Of a DNA stretch of 64,000 nt, positions 49,866 through 58,750 are shown one piece after another. How positions within the stretch are numbered: position 1 is the stretch's first letter; the number at the start of each line of letters is the position of its first letter. Position numbers and translations under genes: made by a program. The stretch lies in NCBI GenBank assembly GCA_964607485.1, contig CAZSKP010000012.1:57142-121141 (forward strand). The letters run 5' to 3'. The DNA is from an uncultured bacterium (GTDB lineage: Bacteria; Abyssobacteria; SURF-5). The notes under the pieces are model-generated. The model saw only the letters and a list, made by a program, of their open reading frames with translations. It was not told the DNA's origin and searched no databases.

Positions 49866-51344
49866 ATGACAAAAATCAAGATAGACATCGACCGCAAAAT
49901 CGGCGTCATAAACTCGAATATTTACGGCGGGTTTATCGAGCATATGGGCCGGTGCATCTATGGCGGAATATACGAGGAACACTCGCCTCTGTCCTACGAA
50001 CGCGGCTTCCGCAAAGACGTGCTGGAAGCGGTTAGGGCGCTGCGTCCGGCGCATCTCCGATATCCGGGCGGCAACTTCGTCTCCGGCTACCACTGGCGGG
50101 ACGGAATCGGGCCGAAGGACCAGCGTCCGCGACGAAGAGAGCTTGCATGGCATACGGTCGAGCCGAATCGATTCGGCACCGACGAGTTCATCGAATATTG
50201 CCGCGCCGTCGGCACGGAGCCGTTCCTGTGCGTGAATCTGGGAACGGGCGCCCCCGAGGAAGCGGCGGCGTGGGTCGAGTACTGCAACGAAACCGCCGAT
50301 TCGTTCTATGCCAACCTGCGCCGAGCCAACGGTCATCCGGAGCCGTATGATGTGAAGTACTGGGGACTCGGAAACGAGATGGGAGGATTCTGGCAAATCT
50401 GCGCCAAGAACGCCGAGGATTACGCGAAGATTGCGGTCGAAGCCGCAAAGATGATGCGCTGGATCGACCCGTCCATTAAGCTGGTTGCGGTCGGCGCACT
50501 CGCCATTGCCAACCCGCTCACGTGGAACCTCACGGTCCTCGACAGGCTCGCCGGTTTCGCGGATTATATCGCGCTCCACATTTACGTCGGCAACTCCGAC
50601 TATTACAACAACGTGGCATCCCCCTTGGTTGCGCAGAAACAGATAGACCTGTTCAACGCCACCATCACGGTCGCGCTTGCCGACAAGAAGGTGCCCCCGA
50701 CCGAGATCGCGATGGACGAATGGAACGTCTGGTATCGGACGTTTGGCTCGGAGTTGGAGGAGCGGTACAATCTGGCAGACGCGCTGGTTGTCGCCGGATT
50801 CCTCAACGTGATGCACCGCAATTGCACGACCGTAACGCTCGCAAACCTTGCGCAGATGGTGAACGTGATCGCTCCGATCGTCACCAGCGAAGGGGGCATG
50901 TTCCTCCAGACGATTTATTATCCTCTGAAGCTGTACCGCGACCACTGCCTCGAAATATCTCTGGACGCGTTTGTGAATTCGCCCTCCTATCAGACGAAGA
51001 TATTCAACGAAATGGAGTCCACGGGCGAGGGCGCTCCGCTCGAAACGGTCCCCTATCTCGATGCTTCTGCGACCACCGATACGACCGGAACCCGGCTGAG
51101 CCTGGCCGTGATAAACCGGCACATGGAAGAACCCATCGAAGCCGAGGTCGGACTCGGAGGCTTTCAACCGAAAAAGAAGGCCGTCGTGTACGAGATAAAC
51201 GGGCCCGATGTGAAAGCGGAGAATTCATTTGAGAGGCCCAACAACGTGAACATTCGGGAGAAGGATTTTTCGGATGTCTCGCGTGAGTTCACGTACTCGT
51301 TTCCGGCACATTCCATCACGCTCATGAAACTCACGCAGGCTTGA
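49866..51344 (+). CDS. abfA: GH51 alpha-L-arabinofuranosidase
   Basis: FIEHMGRCIYGG, RYPGGNF, FGTDEF, LGNE (acid/base), DEWN (nucleophile), AQMVNVI. Confidence 0.92.
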   Translation: MTKIKIDIDRKIGVINSNIYGGFIEHMGRCIYGGIYEEHSPLSYERGFRKDVLEAVRALRPAHLRYPGGNFVSGYHWRDGIGPKDQRPRRRELAWHTVEPNRFGTDEFIEYCRAVGTEPFLCVNLGTGAPEEAAAWVEYCNETADSFYANLRRANGHPEPYDVKYWGLGNEMGGFWQICAKNAEDYAKIAVEAAKMMRWIDPSIKLVAVGALAIANPLTWNLTVLDRLAGFADYIALHIYVGNSDYYNNVASPLVAQKQIDLFNATITVALADKKVPPTEIAMDEWNVWYRTFGSELEERYNLADALVVAGFLNVMHRNCTTVTLANLAQMVNVIAPIVTSEGGMFLQTIYYPLKLYRDHCLEISLDAFVNSPSYQTKIFNEMESTGEGAPLETVPYLDASATTDTTGTRLSLAVINRHMEEPIEAEVGLGGFQPKKKAVVYEINGPDVKAENSFERPNNVNIREKDFSDVSREFTYSFPAHSITLMKLTQA

Positions 51345-51435
51345 TTGAGTCAGCTCCTGAGACGTGACCCGACAGGCGGCAGATTACGCGCACCAGAAAT
51401 CAGACATGGGGAGCATGGGATCCGACCTCGAACGA

Positions 51436-52257
51436 CTACAGCTCGACTTTGAAGAGGCCTTTGAGCGAGTAGCCGGCGGCTATCGAGGCGACGAAGAAAA
51501 CGACGAGCCAGTGCACGTTCCAGCCGAGCACCTTGATCGTCTGCGGTGGAAAATCGACCCGTATTTCCTCCAGTCCCGACCCTTTCGGCAGCGGGTCCTG
51601 GCCGGGGGCAAAAAGCATCGCCTCTAGGCCCGGCTGCGTCCTCGCGGTGTACACGCGCCGAACCTCGTCGGAAACAAGTATGGGCTCGTCCACGCGCTCG
51701 TCTCCGACGAGAATCGAAAGCTTGTGCTCGCCCTCCCGAACGGCGCCGATGCGGAAGTTGACCTCCTCTCCTCCCATGCGAAGAAGCGGCGTCTCCATGC
51801 GCAGCCCGTCGTCGGTCTCGACCGAGACGGGGAGTTTCTCGGCGGCTGCGGTTTCAATGAGTTTCAGCTTGACCAGCGCGGTCTCGCCGGGCCTGAGCGG
51901 CCTGGAGGCGTAGCGTATTCCCAGTTGGACCAGGATCAGAACGACGGGGACAATCATGACCAGCATCGGGACGACCGAGTATTTCATGTACGTCAGGTTG
52001 GTTCGGAGAATCCGCTTCTGCGCGTCGAGCATAAGGCCGAGGTCGTCTTTGAACAGACGCACCTCCAGGAAGTAGGCGCTGATCTTGTCCTTTGTCCTCC
52101 TGATGGCCGATTGGTTGGAGGTGTATTTGAAAATCACGACCATCACGATTCCCGTCAGGACGGAGACCGCCAGCAGCCCCCATATGGGGGAAAGGTCTCT
52201 GAACGGCAGAAAGACCAGGTCGAACGCCGCCGTGATGATTCCGTTGACAGCCTGCAT
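51436..52257 (-). CDS. Membrane protein, DUF106/EMC3-TMCO1 (Oxa1 superfamily)-like, with soluble beta-rich insertion
   Basis: Amphipathic N-helix, TM1, coiled segment, TM2 (PMLVMIVPVVLI), beta domain, terminal TM (HWLVVFFVAS…LKGLF). Confidence 0.55.
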   Translation of the reverse strand: MQAVNGIITAAFDLVFLPFRDLSPIWGLLAVSVLTGIVMVVIFKYTSNQSAIRRTKDKISAYFLEVRLFKDDLGLMLDAQKRILRTNLTYMKYSVVPMLVMIVPVVLILVQLGIRYASRPLRPGETALVKLKLIETAAAEKLPVSVETDDGLRMETPLLRMGGEEVNFRIGAVREGEHKLSILVGDERVDEPILVSDEVRRVYTARTQPGLEAMLFAPGQDPLPKGSGLEEIRVDFPPQTIKVLGWNVHWLVVFFVASIAAGYSLKGLFKVEL

Positions 52258-52278
52258 GTTTTCTCCGGAACGAAGCGC

Positions 52279-52470
52279 TCAGGAAATGTAGCCCAGCCCC
52301 TGAAGCTTCTTCTTGATTTCCTCTTCCGAGTCGGATTCCTCGAGACGCTCGATTTCGCGTTCGAGCGCGTGCGTGATGAATTCTTCGACCGAGGAATATC
52401 CGGCCAGATCGGAATAGTGCTTGACCTTCTTGAGCAGTTCCTTGTCGAGTTTTATCTTAGAGCCGAACAT
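52279..52470 (-). CDS. 63-aa protein, ribbon-helix-helix-like N-terminus and LxxLGYI tail
   Basis: GGGAGG RBS; KIKLDKELL…GYSSVEEFITHALE; ends EEEIKKKLQGLGYIS. Confidence 0.8.
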   Translation of the reverse strand: MFGSKIKLDKELLKKVKHYSDLAGYSSVEEFITHALEREIERLEESDSEEEIKKKLQGLGYIS

Positions 52471-52560
52471 TTAACCTCCCCGTACGGGTTCAGGGTTCGG
52501 GATTCGAGCTAATTCTTCTCCCTTTTCCCCTCTTGACCCTTTCGCCTTTTCCCCTTTCTA

Positions 52561-54546
52561 TTAAAACACCGGCCTGCCGGTCATGTTGGCCGGCGGCGTT
52601 ATGCCGAACTCCATCAATATCGTGGGCGTGAGGTCGCGCAGGCGCGGGTCGGCGATCTTCAGCTTGCGGTTCGCCAGAAACACGCCCGGAACCACTTCGG
52701 CGGCGATGCAGTGGTCGCCGCTCCACCTGTCGTCGTTGTCGGTGAACAGTTGTTTCGGAAACGAGCCGATGGCGGTCTCCCACGACGCGCGATACCCACG
52801 GTTGTAGCCGATGATGGCGTCGGGAACGATTCTCTCGTCGGGATTCGTGTACACCTCCCTCGTCTTGTACACGCGCAGTATCGCCTGCTCGCCCGTCTTC
52901 GGGTCTCGAACTTCGAGCAGCTTTCGGGCGATCTCGTCCAGCAGCGCATCCTTTTCCGATGGATCGACCACTCCCCTGCCCTCGCGTCCTCTTTCGTTGA
53001 TGTACAGTCCGTTGAGGCCGAGCGCGTAGGCGCGGGTGCCCGCCCAATTGACGTTCGAGTAGAACTCCCCCTCGGTGTCCTTGGTGAGGGCGATGTATCC
53101 GTTATCCTTGAGCCAGGTGCCCAGGTTGAAGGCGCGATAAAACGGAGCGAACCCGTGGTCGGACATCACGATGACCGTGGTATCGGAATCGGCCTTCGCG
53201 AGCGCCTTGCCGAGCACTTTGTCCATCTCCATATAGATGTCATACAGCACATGCCCGTACTTCTGGGCGACTTCCTTGTCATAGAGGGGATGCTTCGGAT
53301 CGATCAGCCACCACAGCATGTGCGAGTTCTGGTCGAGGCTGCAGAAGTAGAAGAAGAGGAGACCCGAATCGAAATTCTCGAGCACGTAGTCATACATCGC
53401 CAGGCGTTCGCGGAGCACGATGCCGGTCTGTCCGAGGTAGTCTTCTACGCCGAGCACGTCGGAGGAAAACGCCTTCGTGTCCTCAGGCATCCCCTGCGTG
53501 TAGAAACAGCCTACCTTCTTCGCCAGTTTGGCGGCATAATCGTCGGGCGTGGATATGGGCAGAGCCGGGTCGAGGGGGTCGATGTTTATCGGGGAGACGT
53601 ACAGGCCGAAGCTGGGCCTGACCTCTTTCAGGTAAAACCGGCATATCCCGCTCACGCTCTGAAGAAACGGAACGGCCACGAATTTCACATGCACCCAATC
53701 GCTCCATTCGCCGACGTTAAGCAGTACTTCGCTGTCCTGAACGACTATCTTCGCAACGGAATTTTCCGGGTCGACGTGGACGGTGAAGTCCACGGTCAGC
53801 TTCGGCTGCTCCTTCTTGAACGTGTTCTTGGGGCCGACGAGCTGGGCCTCGACCGTGTTGTTGCGAACGTCCACCGGATAGATTTTTCCGCCGGAGACGT
53901 CGTCCTCTTTAAATCGTTCGGGCGCGTCGGTGTAAAAGGAGAACGTTCCATACGTGCCGAGGATGTCGGGCGTGCCCATTCCGGAGAGCGAGCGCCCCTC
54001 GCATTCCACCGGCGGAAAATTCGCGGGTATCTTGATGACCGTCGTCGGCACTCCGTTTTCTTCCAGAATCTGCCAGAAGGCCTTGCCCCTGCGCAGCAGC
54101 GTTGTCTTGCCGCCGGAGAGCGGTATCACCCAGTCGCCGAGCGATATGGTGCGCTTGGGGTCCTCGGTCTTGCTGGTGGAGAGATACGGCAGGTATGTTT
54201 CGGGCTCGCGATGAATGAAATCGAAGATGCCGTGCCCGCCGGGGTCCATGCCGGTGATGAAATCCGACCACGCCACCGGACTCTGGGGCGGAATGCTCGT
54301 GCCGAGGGGTACGAAGAAGCCTTGTCGGGCGAACTCGGCGAAGTTGGGCATCTTGCCGTCGGCGATCATTCGTTTCAGAATGTTCGGGTCCATCCCGTCG
54401 ATGCCGAGCACAATCACTTTCTTCTTCGGAGGGGCCGCGTGTCCGACTCCGCATGAGACGAGCGACACGCAAAGGATGAAAAGTAAACTGAGCGCGGCGG
54501 CCGCGACCAATGTATGCTTCTTAACGCCGTTCATCGACGATGTCAC
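52561..54546 (-). CDS. Alkaline phosphatase/NPP-superfamily protein, exported (signal peptide or lipoprotein)
   Basis: Signal (…LVSC / GHA|A); GIDG, PPQSPVAW (Ser nucleophile), DQNSH, SDHG, GDH. Confidence 0.85.
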   Translation of the reverse strand: MTSSMNGVKKHTLVAAAALSLLFILCVSLVSCGVGHAAPPKKKVIVLGIDGMDPNILKRMIADGKMPNFAEFARQGFFVPLGTSIPPQSPVAWSDFITGMDPGGHGIFDFIHREPETYLPYLSTSKTEDPKRTISLGDWVIPLSGGKTTLLRRGKAFWQILEENGVPTTVIKIPANFPPVECEGRSLSGMGTPDILGTYGTFSFYTDAPERFKEDDVSGGKIYPVDVRNNTVEAQLVGPKNTFKKEQPKLTVDFTVHVDPENSVAKIVVQDSEVLLNVGEWSDWVHVKFVAVPFLQSVSGICRFYLKEVRPSFGLYVSPINIDPLDPALPISTPDDYAAKLAKKVGCFYTQGMPEDTKAFSSDVLGVEDYLGQTGIVLRERLAMYDYVLENFDSGLLFFYFCSLDQNSHMLWWLIDPKHPLYDKEVAQKYGHVLYDIYMEMDKVLGKALAKADSDTTVIVMSDHGFAPFYRAFNLGTWLKDNGYIALTKDTEGEFYSNVNWAGTRAYALGLNGLYINERGREGRGVVDPSEKDALLDEIARKLLEVRDPKTGEQAILRVYKTREVYTNPDERIVPDAIIGYNRGYRASWETAIGSFPKQLFTDNDDRWSGDHCIAAEVVPGVFLANRKLKIADPRLRDLTPTILMEFGITPPANMTGRPVF

Positions 54547-54595
54547 CCCCTAGTGGATGGTAATAATTGTAGTTGTCAGTGTGATGCAAGATTCC

Positions 54596-54623
54596 GTAGG
54601 GGCGCACGGCCGTGCGCCCCTAC
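54596..54623. repeat. GTAG-type REP palindrome, copy 2
   Basis: Identical to 44854-44881; lies between two operon genes. Confidence 0.85.
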
Positions 54624-54653
54624 AAGGACCCACAATACAAAGTCAAAAGGCTC

Positions 54654-56840
54654 CTAGCTATCCGCCTTCGCAGCGGTTTCGGATTCCTCGAGAAGCGATG
54701 TGCCGTCCATGTGTGCGGGGATTGGAATTCCGAAAACATCCAGCACGGTAGGCGCGACATCCGTCATGTGCACGTTTTCGCCGCGCATTTTCCGGTTGGA
54801 GAAGAACACTCCGGGAACAAGCGAGGGGTCTATGCAGTGGTCCCCGCTCCAGCTCTTGGTGTTGTCGTCAAAGACGACCTCGCTGACCATCCCGGTCACG
54901 GAATCCCATGAGGCCCGATAGCCGGCATTGTAGCCCACAATGATGTCGGGCGCGTTCTCTTTGTAAGGACCCGAATATATGCGCGCGCTGTCGTACAGCT
55001 TGGTGATTCCAACCTCGCCGGTTTCTTCGTCCCTCAGACCGGAAAGCTTCTGGATAAGCTCCTTCTTCAACGCATCGGCCTGTTCGCCCGGCTCGACGGT
55101 TCCCTTTGCCTCGCGTCCCTTTACGTTCAGAAAAATGCCGCCCAGCCCAATTGCAAAGGCCTTTGTCTTTGTCCAGTCAACTCCCTTGAACCACTGACCG
55201 GCGGCCTCGCCGTCTTTCAGGTGGAGATATCCATTCAGGTAGAGCCAGGAGTTGAGGTTGACGCCCCGACGGAACGAGTTGAATCCGTGGTCCGACATAA
55301 TCACGAGCACGTCGTTCTCACGCATCTTTTCGAGCACCCGGCCCACGAGGCCGTCCATCTTCATGTAGAGGTTTACGATGGCTTCCTTGAAGTTTTCGGT
55401 GTCCTTGTCGCGGTTGGCCGGATGACGCTCGTCGAGGTAGCGCCAGAAGAGGTGTTGAATCCTGTCGGTGATGTCGAAGACGCACACGCACAGGCCGCGC
55501 CGCGTCTTATCCAGCGCGTTGAAGAACATCTTCTCGCGTTCCTCGTGGATGAGGTAACACTGCTCTTCGAATTCCTTTTCGCCGATGATGCGCTCGTTGA
55601 TGGCCCACGTGTCCTCGGCGAGCCCCAGCGTCGCATATCGGCCGAGCAGTTTCGAGAGATAAATCGAGTAGATGAACGGGTGCGAGATCGGCAGCGCCGG
55701 CTTGGACGGGTCGATGTTTATCGGCGTCACATACAGCTCGAAATGCGGCTCGGTCTCCTTGAGCAGGAAGCGGCAGACGCCATACACCTTGATGCCGGGA
55801 GCGGCCTTGAACCCGAGCCGGACCCAATCGGAATATTCCCCCTTCCGGAGGTTAATCGCCTGACCGTCGATTCTGAGCTTGGCTGCCTCCGAATCGGCCC
55901 CGAGCGTGACCTCGAACGGAATCCTCATCTCCGAGGACTTCTTGAGAAACGTGTTTTCCGGACCGCCGATGAAAGAGCGCACCGTGTTGCCGTTTCGCTC
56001 CACCCGAATCTCCGTGCCGCCGGTGTATCCGCCTTCGCCCCGCTCGTGGGTCGTGTAATGGGTGAACGACCCCTGCGTGCCCTTGAGGTCGGGAACGCAC
56101 ATGGCGGAAAGCATCACGCCCCTGAACTTCTCGGGCGGAAACGTGATGGGAACCCTGAGCACGGTGGAAAAAATTCCGTGCTCGCCCAAGATGCTCCAGA
56201 AGGGCTTGCTCTTGCGCAGGAGTCTTATTTCCGGCTTGCCCAACGGAATCGCATATTTGCCCAGCGACAATGTCCTGCGCGCCTTCCCGATGTGCGCGGA
56301 GGAGAGGTCGGGCAGGTACGTCCTCTTGTCGCGCGTGAGAAAGTCGTAAATATTGTGGCGGCCGGGATTGACGCCCGTCATGAACGAAGACCAGGCCACG
56401 GGCGAAATGGGAGGACAGGTGGTGTTGAGCCTCGCATACGTGCCCGTCTCTTTGAGCCTGGCGAAGTTGGGCAGCTTTCCCTCGGAGATGAGTCTGTCCA
56501 CCATGTTGGGGTCGAGGCCGTCCAGTCCGACGATGAACATCCGGTCGGCGCTGCTGCGGCCATACGCCTTTTTCTTCCGCAGCCCCCTGAACAGGTATCG
56601 CACCGGCCATGTCAGCATCAGGAAGAACGCGAAGAACACGGCGAGGAAGACCACGAAGAACGACGTGAGAAACGCAAAGCCGGCGCCCGGGCCGATGTAG
56701 GCGTGTGCGTCGCGGGGAAATGCGACCAGCCACGCTGCGGCCAGCACAAGCGCGGCCGCCGCCCGCGCGGCCCTTTGCCGCGTTCCAGCCTCGACGGGCC
56801 TCTCAGCTTTCCATGTATTGAAGAATGATTTCGGCGACAT
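54654..56840 (-). CDS. Alkaline phosphatase/NPP-superfamily protein with N-terminal AHA-YIGPG + TM anchor
   Basis: AHAYIGPGAG, TM, RKKK; GLDG, PPISPVAW, DRIQH, SDHG, GDH; start set at ATG 56840 (uncertain). Confidence 0.85.
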   Translation of the reverse strand: MSPKSFFNTWKAERPVEAGTRQRAARAAAALVLAAAWLVAFPRDAHAYIGPGAGFAFLTSFFVVFLAVFFAFFLMLTWPVRYLFRGLRKKKAYGRSSADRMFIVGLDGLDPNMVDRLISEGKLPNFARLKETGTYARLNTTCPPISPVAWSSFMTGVNPGRHNIYDFLTRDKRTYLPDLSSAHIGKARRTLSLGKYAIPLGKPEIRLLRKSKPFWSILGEHGIFSTVLRVPITFPPEKFRGVMLSAMCVPDLKGTQGSFTHYTTHERGEGGYTGGTEIRVERNGNTVRSFIGGPENTFLKKSSEMRIPFEVTLGADSEAAKLRIDGQAINLRKGEYSDWVRLGFKAAPGIKVYGVCRFLLKETEPHFELYVTPINIDPSKPALPISHPFIYSIYLSKLLGRYATLGLAEDTWAINERIIGEKEFEEQCYLIHEEREKMFFNALDKTRRGLCVCVFDITDRIQHLFWRYLDERHPANRDKDTENFKEAIVNLYMKMDGLVGRVLEKMRENDVLVIMSDHGFNSFRRGVNLNSWLYLNGYLHLKDGEAAGQWFKGVDWTKTKAFAIGLGGIFLNVKGREAKGTVEPGEQADALKKELIQKLSGLRDEETGEVGITKLYDSARIYSGPYKENAPDIIVGYNAGYRASWDSVTGMVSEVVFDDNTKSWSGDHCIDPSLVPGVFFSNRKMRGENVHMTDVAPTVLDVFGIPIPAHMDGTSLLEESETAAKADS

Positions 56841-58119
56841 CGGTGATGTTAAGGTCTTCCTTCGGTTGTTGCGCCGACCACAGGAACGCGTCGTCCCACG
56901 TATGCATACCCGTGAGCGCGCTTCGTCCGAAAAGCTCCTTCCGCTTCGGCGAGCCCTTGATGTCGAACCCGTATTTCGAGACAGCCACGAGGTTCGGCCC
57001 GCGCTCGGCGAAGGGGCCGTCGTATGCCTCGTCCCTCTCAAAAACTCTGTCTATTACGCGCTCACCGTCGCAGGTGAGCTCGGCCAGCCCGGCCGCGATG
57101 TCGGCGGTGATGGGCTTCACGTCCTCCGGTTTCACGCAGCCCTTGGGAAATTTCCCGACGAGGTTGAGGTATATGCGCGACGGGTCGAGCGCGAACGCGC
57201 GCGTGCCCTCGCCTATCGCCTCGATAGTGTCGGCTTCGTCCGATTCGAGCGTCAGGAACCCCTCCTGCTTGAGCCATGCGCTGAGATAAAACTCGTTCTT
57301 CACCCCGACGAAGCCGTGGTCGGAGAGGATGAAGAAACCGGGCGTGGGCTCCTCGGCGTCCACAAGCCGCTTGAATCGTGAATGAATCCGCCCGATGAAG
57401 GAATCGACTGTGCGGTAGTAGTTCAAGAACGCATCGTGACACGGATGCGTCGTGTCGTCGAGCGCGTCCCACAGGTAGTGGTGAAGCCTGTCGGTCCCCG
57501 TGACGACGACCTCGAAGTAATCCCATGCCTCGTTATCCCAGAGGAAGTTGACGGCGCGCTCGCGGGCTTCGAGGGTCCTGGCGAGTTCGGTTATCAGGTA
57601 CGAGTGGTCGTCGCGCGCGCGGAGCGTGTCGATGTCGATGATGTAGCCGCCCTGTTCCAGTTTCGGAAGAAGCGAGGGCGGATGAACCGCCTTGCGCAGG
57701 CTGAGCGCGACGAATCCGGAGATAAGAGCGCCCTCTATCGGACGGGCGGGATAGGTTGAGGGCTGATTGACGACGACGCTCCTCTTTTTCCTCTCCGCGA
57801 GCCTGTCCCAGATGGTGGGAGCGCGAAGGTCCTTGAACGACGGGAATCGCAGGCTGTAGGATTCGGGCTTGAGGTCGGTGAACCCGAAGATCGAATGCCC
57901 TCCCGGATTCTTTCCCGTCATGAAGCTCGGCCAACTGACGGCAGAGATTTCCGGCAAGGTGACCCGCATCTTGCTCAGATGGCCGGCGCGGACGATTTCG
58001 GCCAGTTCCGGCATGGTGCCGTCTTCGGTGAAGCGTTTCAAGAGCGTATGGGGAACTCCGTCGAGTCCGACCACACACGCTCGCTTTTTTTTCTTACTCC
58101 AAAATGGCGCCACAAGCAA
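56803..58119 (-). CDS. Alkaline phosphatase/NPP-superfamily protein, cytoplasmic
   Basis: GLDG, PEISAVSW, DRLHH, SDHG, GMH; no signal peptide. Confidence 0.85.
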   Translation of the reverse strand: MLVAPFWSKKKKRACVVGLDGVPHTLLKRFTEDGTMPELAEIVRAGHLSKMRVTLPEISAVSWPSFMTGKNPGGHSIFGFTDLKPESYSLRFPSFKDLRAPTIWDRLAERKKRSVVVNQPSTYPARPIEGALISGFVALSLRKAVHPPSLLPKLEQGGYIIDIDTLRARDDHSYLITELARTLEARERAVNFLWDNEAWDYFEVVVTGTDRLHHYLWDALDDTTHPCHDAFLNYYRTVDSFIGRIHSRFKRLVDAEEPTPGFFILSDHGFVGVKNEFYLSAWLKQEGFLTLESDEADTIEAIGEGTRAFALDPSRIYLNLVGKFPKGCVKPEDVKPITADIAAGLAELTCDGERVIDRVFERDEAYDGPFAERGPNLVAVSKYGFDIKGSPKRKELFGRSALTGMHTWDDAFLWSAQQPKEDLNITDVAEIILQYMES

Positions 58120-58128
58120 TTCGACCGC

Positions 58129-58731
58129 TTAGATATAACCAAGAGAACGCAGTCGTTCCTTAATTTTTTCCTCTTCTTCCTCGGTGTATTCCTCTTCGGT
58201 CCCTGACGGGGGAATGTGATTCATGAGCTCGAGCGTCCTAAGAATCTTGTTCACGCTCTCCTCGACGGATTCCTTATCGGTCTCGACGACTATCTCCGCG
58301 TTCTCCGGTTCTTCATACGGGTCGTCCACGCCGGTGAAATTCTTGATCTCGCCCCGCTCGGCCTTCTCGTAAAGGCCCTTCGGGTCGCGCTCCTTCAGAA
58401 CCTTAAGCGGGCACTTGCAGAACACCTCGACGTATGAGCCGATGAGTTTGCGGTTTTCCGCACGTATGTTGCTGTAGGGCGAGATTGCGGCGGCGATGGC
58501 GACGACATCGTTGCGGGTCAGCAGGTGGCACACGAAGCCGATGCGCCTGATGTTGATGTCGCGGTCTTCCTTCGAGAATCCCAGCCCTTTGCTCAAGTTT
58601 GTGCGAATCACGTCGCCGTCGAGCACTTCCACCTTCAGGCCTCGTTCGAGCAGTACCCCCTTCAGTTCGCGAGAAAGCGTCGTCTTGCCGGAGCCCGATA
58701 GACCCGTGAACCAGAGCGTGAAACCTTTCAT
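58129..58731 (-). CDS. cysC: Adenylyl-sulfate (APS) kinase with acidic LxxLGYI C-terminal extension
   Basis: WFTGLSGSGKTT, LDGD..R, LGFS, ISPY, RDPKGLY, FTGVDDPYE; tail EEEYTEEEEEKIKERLRSLGYI. Confidence 0.95.
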   Translation of the reverse strand: MKGFTLWFTGLSGSGKTTLSRELKGVLLERGLKVEVLDGDVIRTNLSKGLGFSKEDRDINIRRIGFVCHLLTRNDVVAIAAAISPYSNIRAENRKLIGSYVEVFCKCPLKVLKERDPKGLYEKAERGEIKNFTGVDDPYEEPENAEIVVETDKESVEESVNKILRTLELMNHIPPSGTEEEYTEEEEEKIKERLRSLGYI

Positions 58732-58750
58732 CGGTTAGTGCCTCCTTTGA

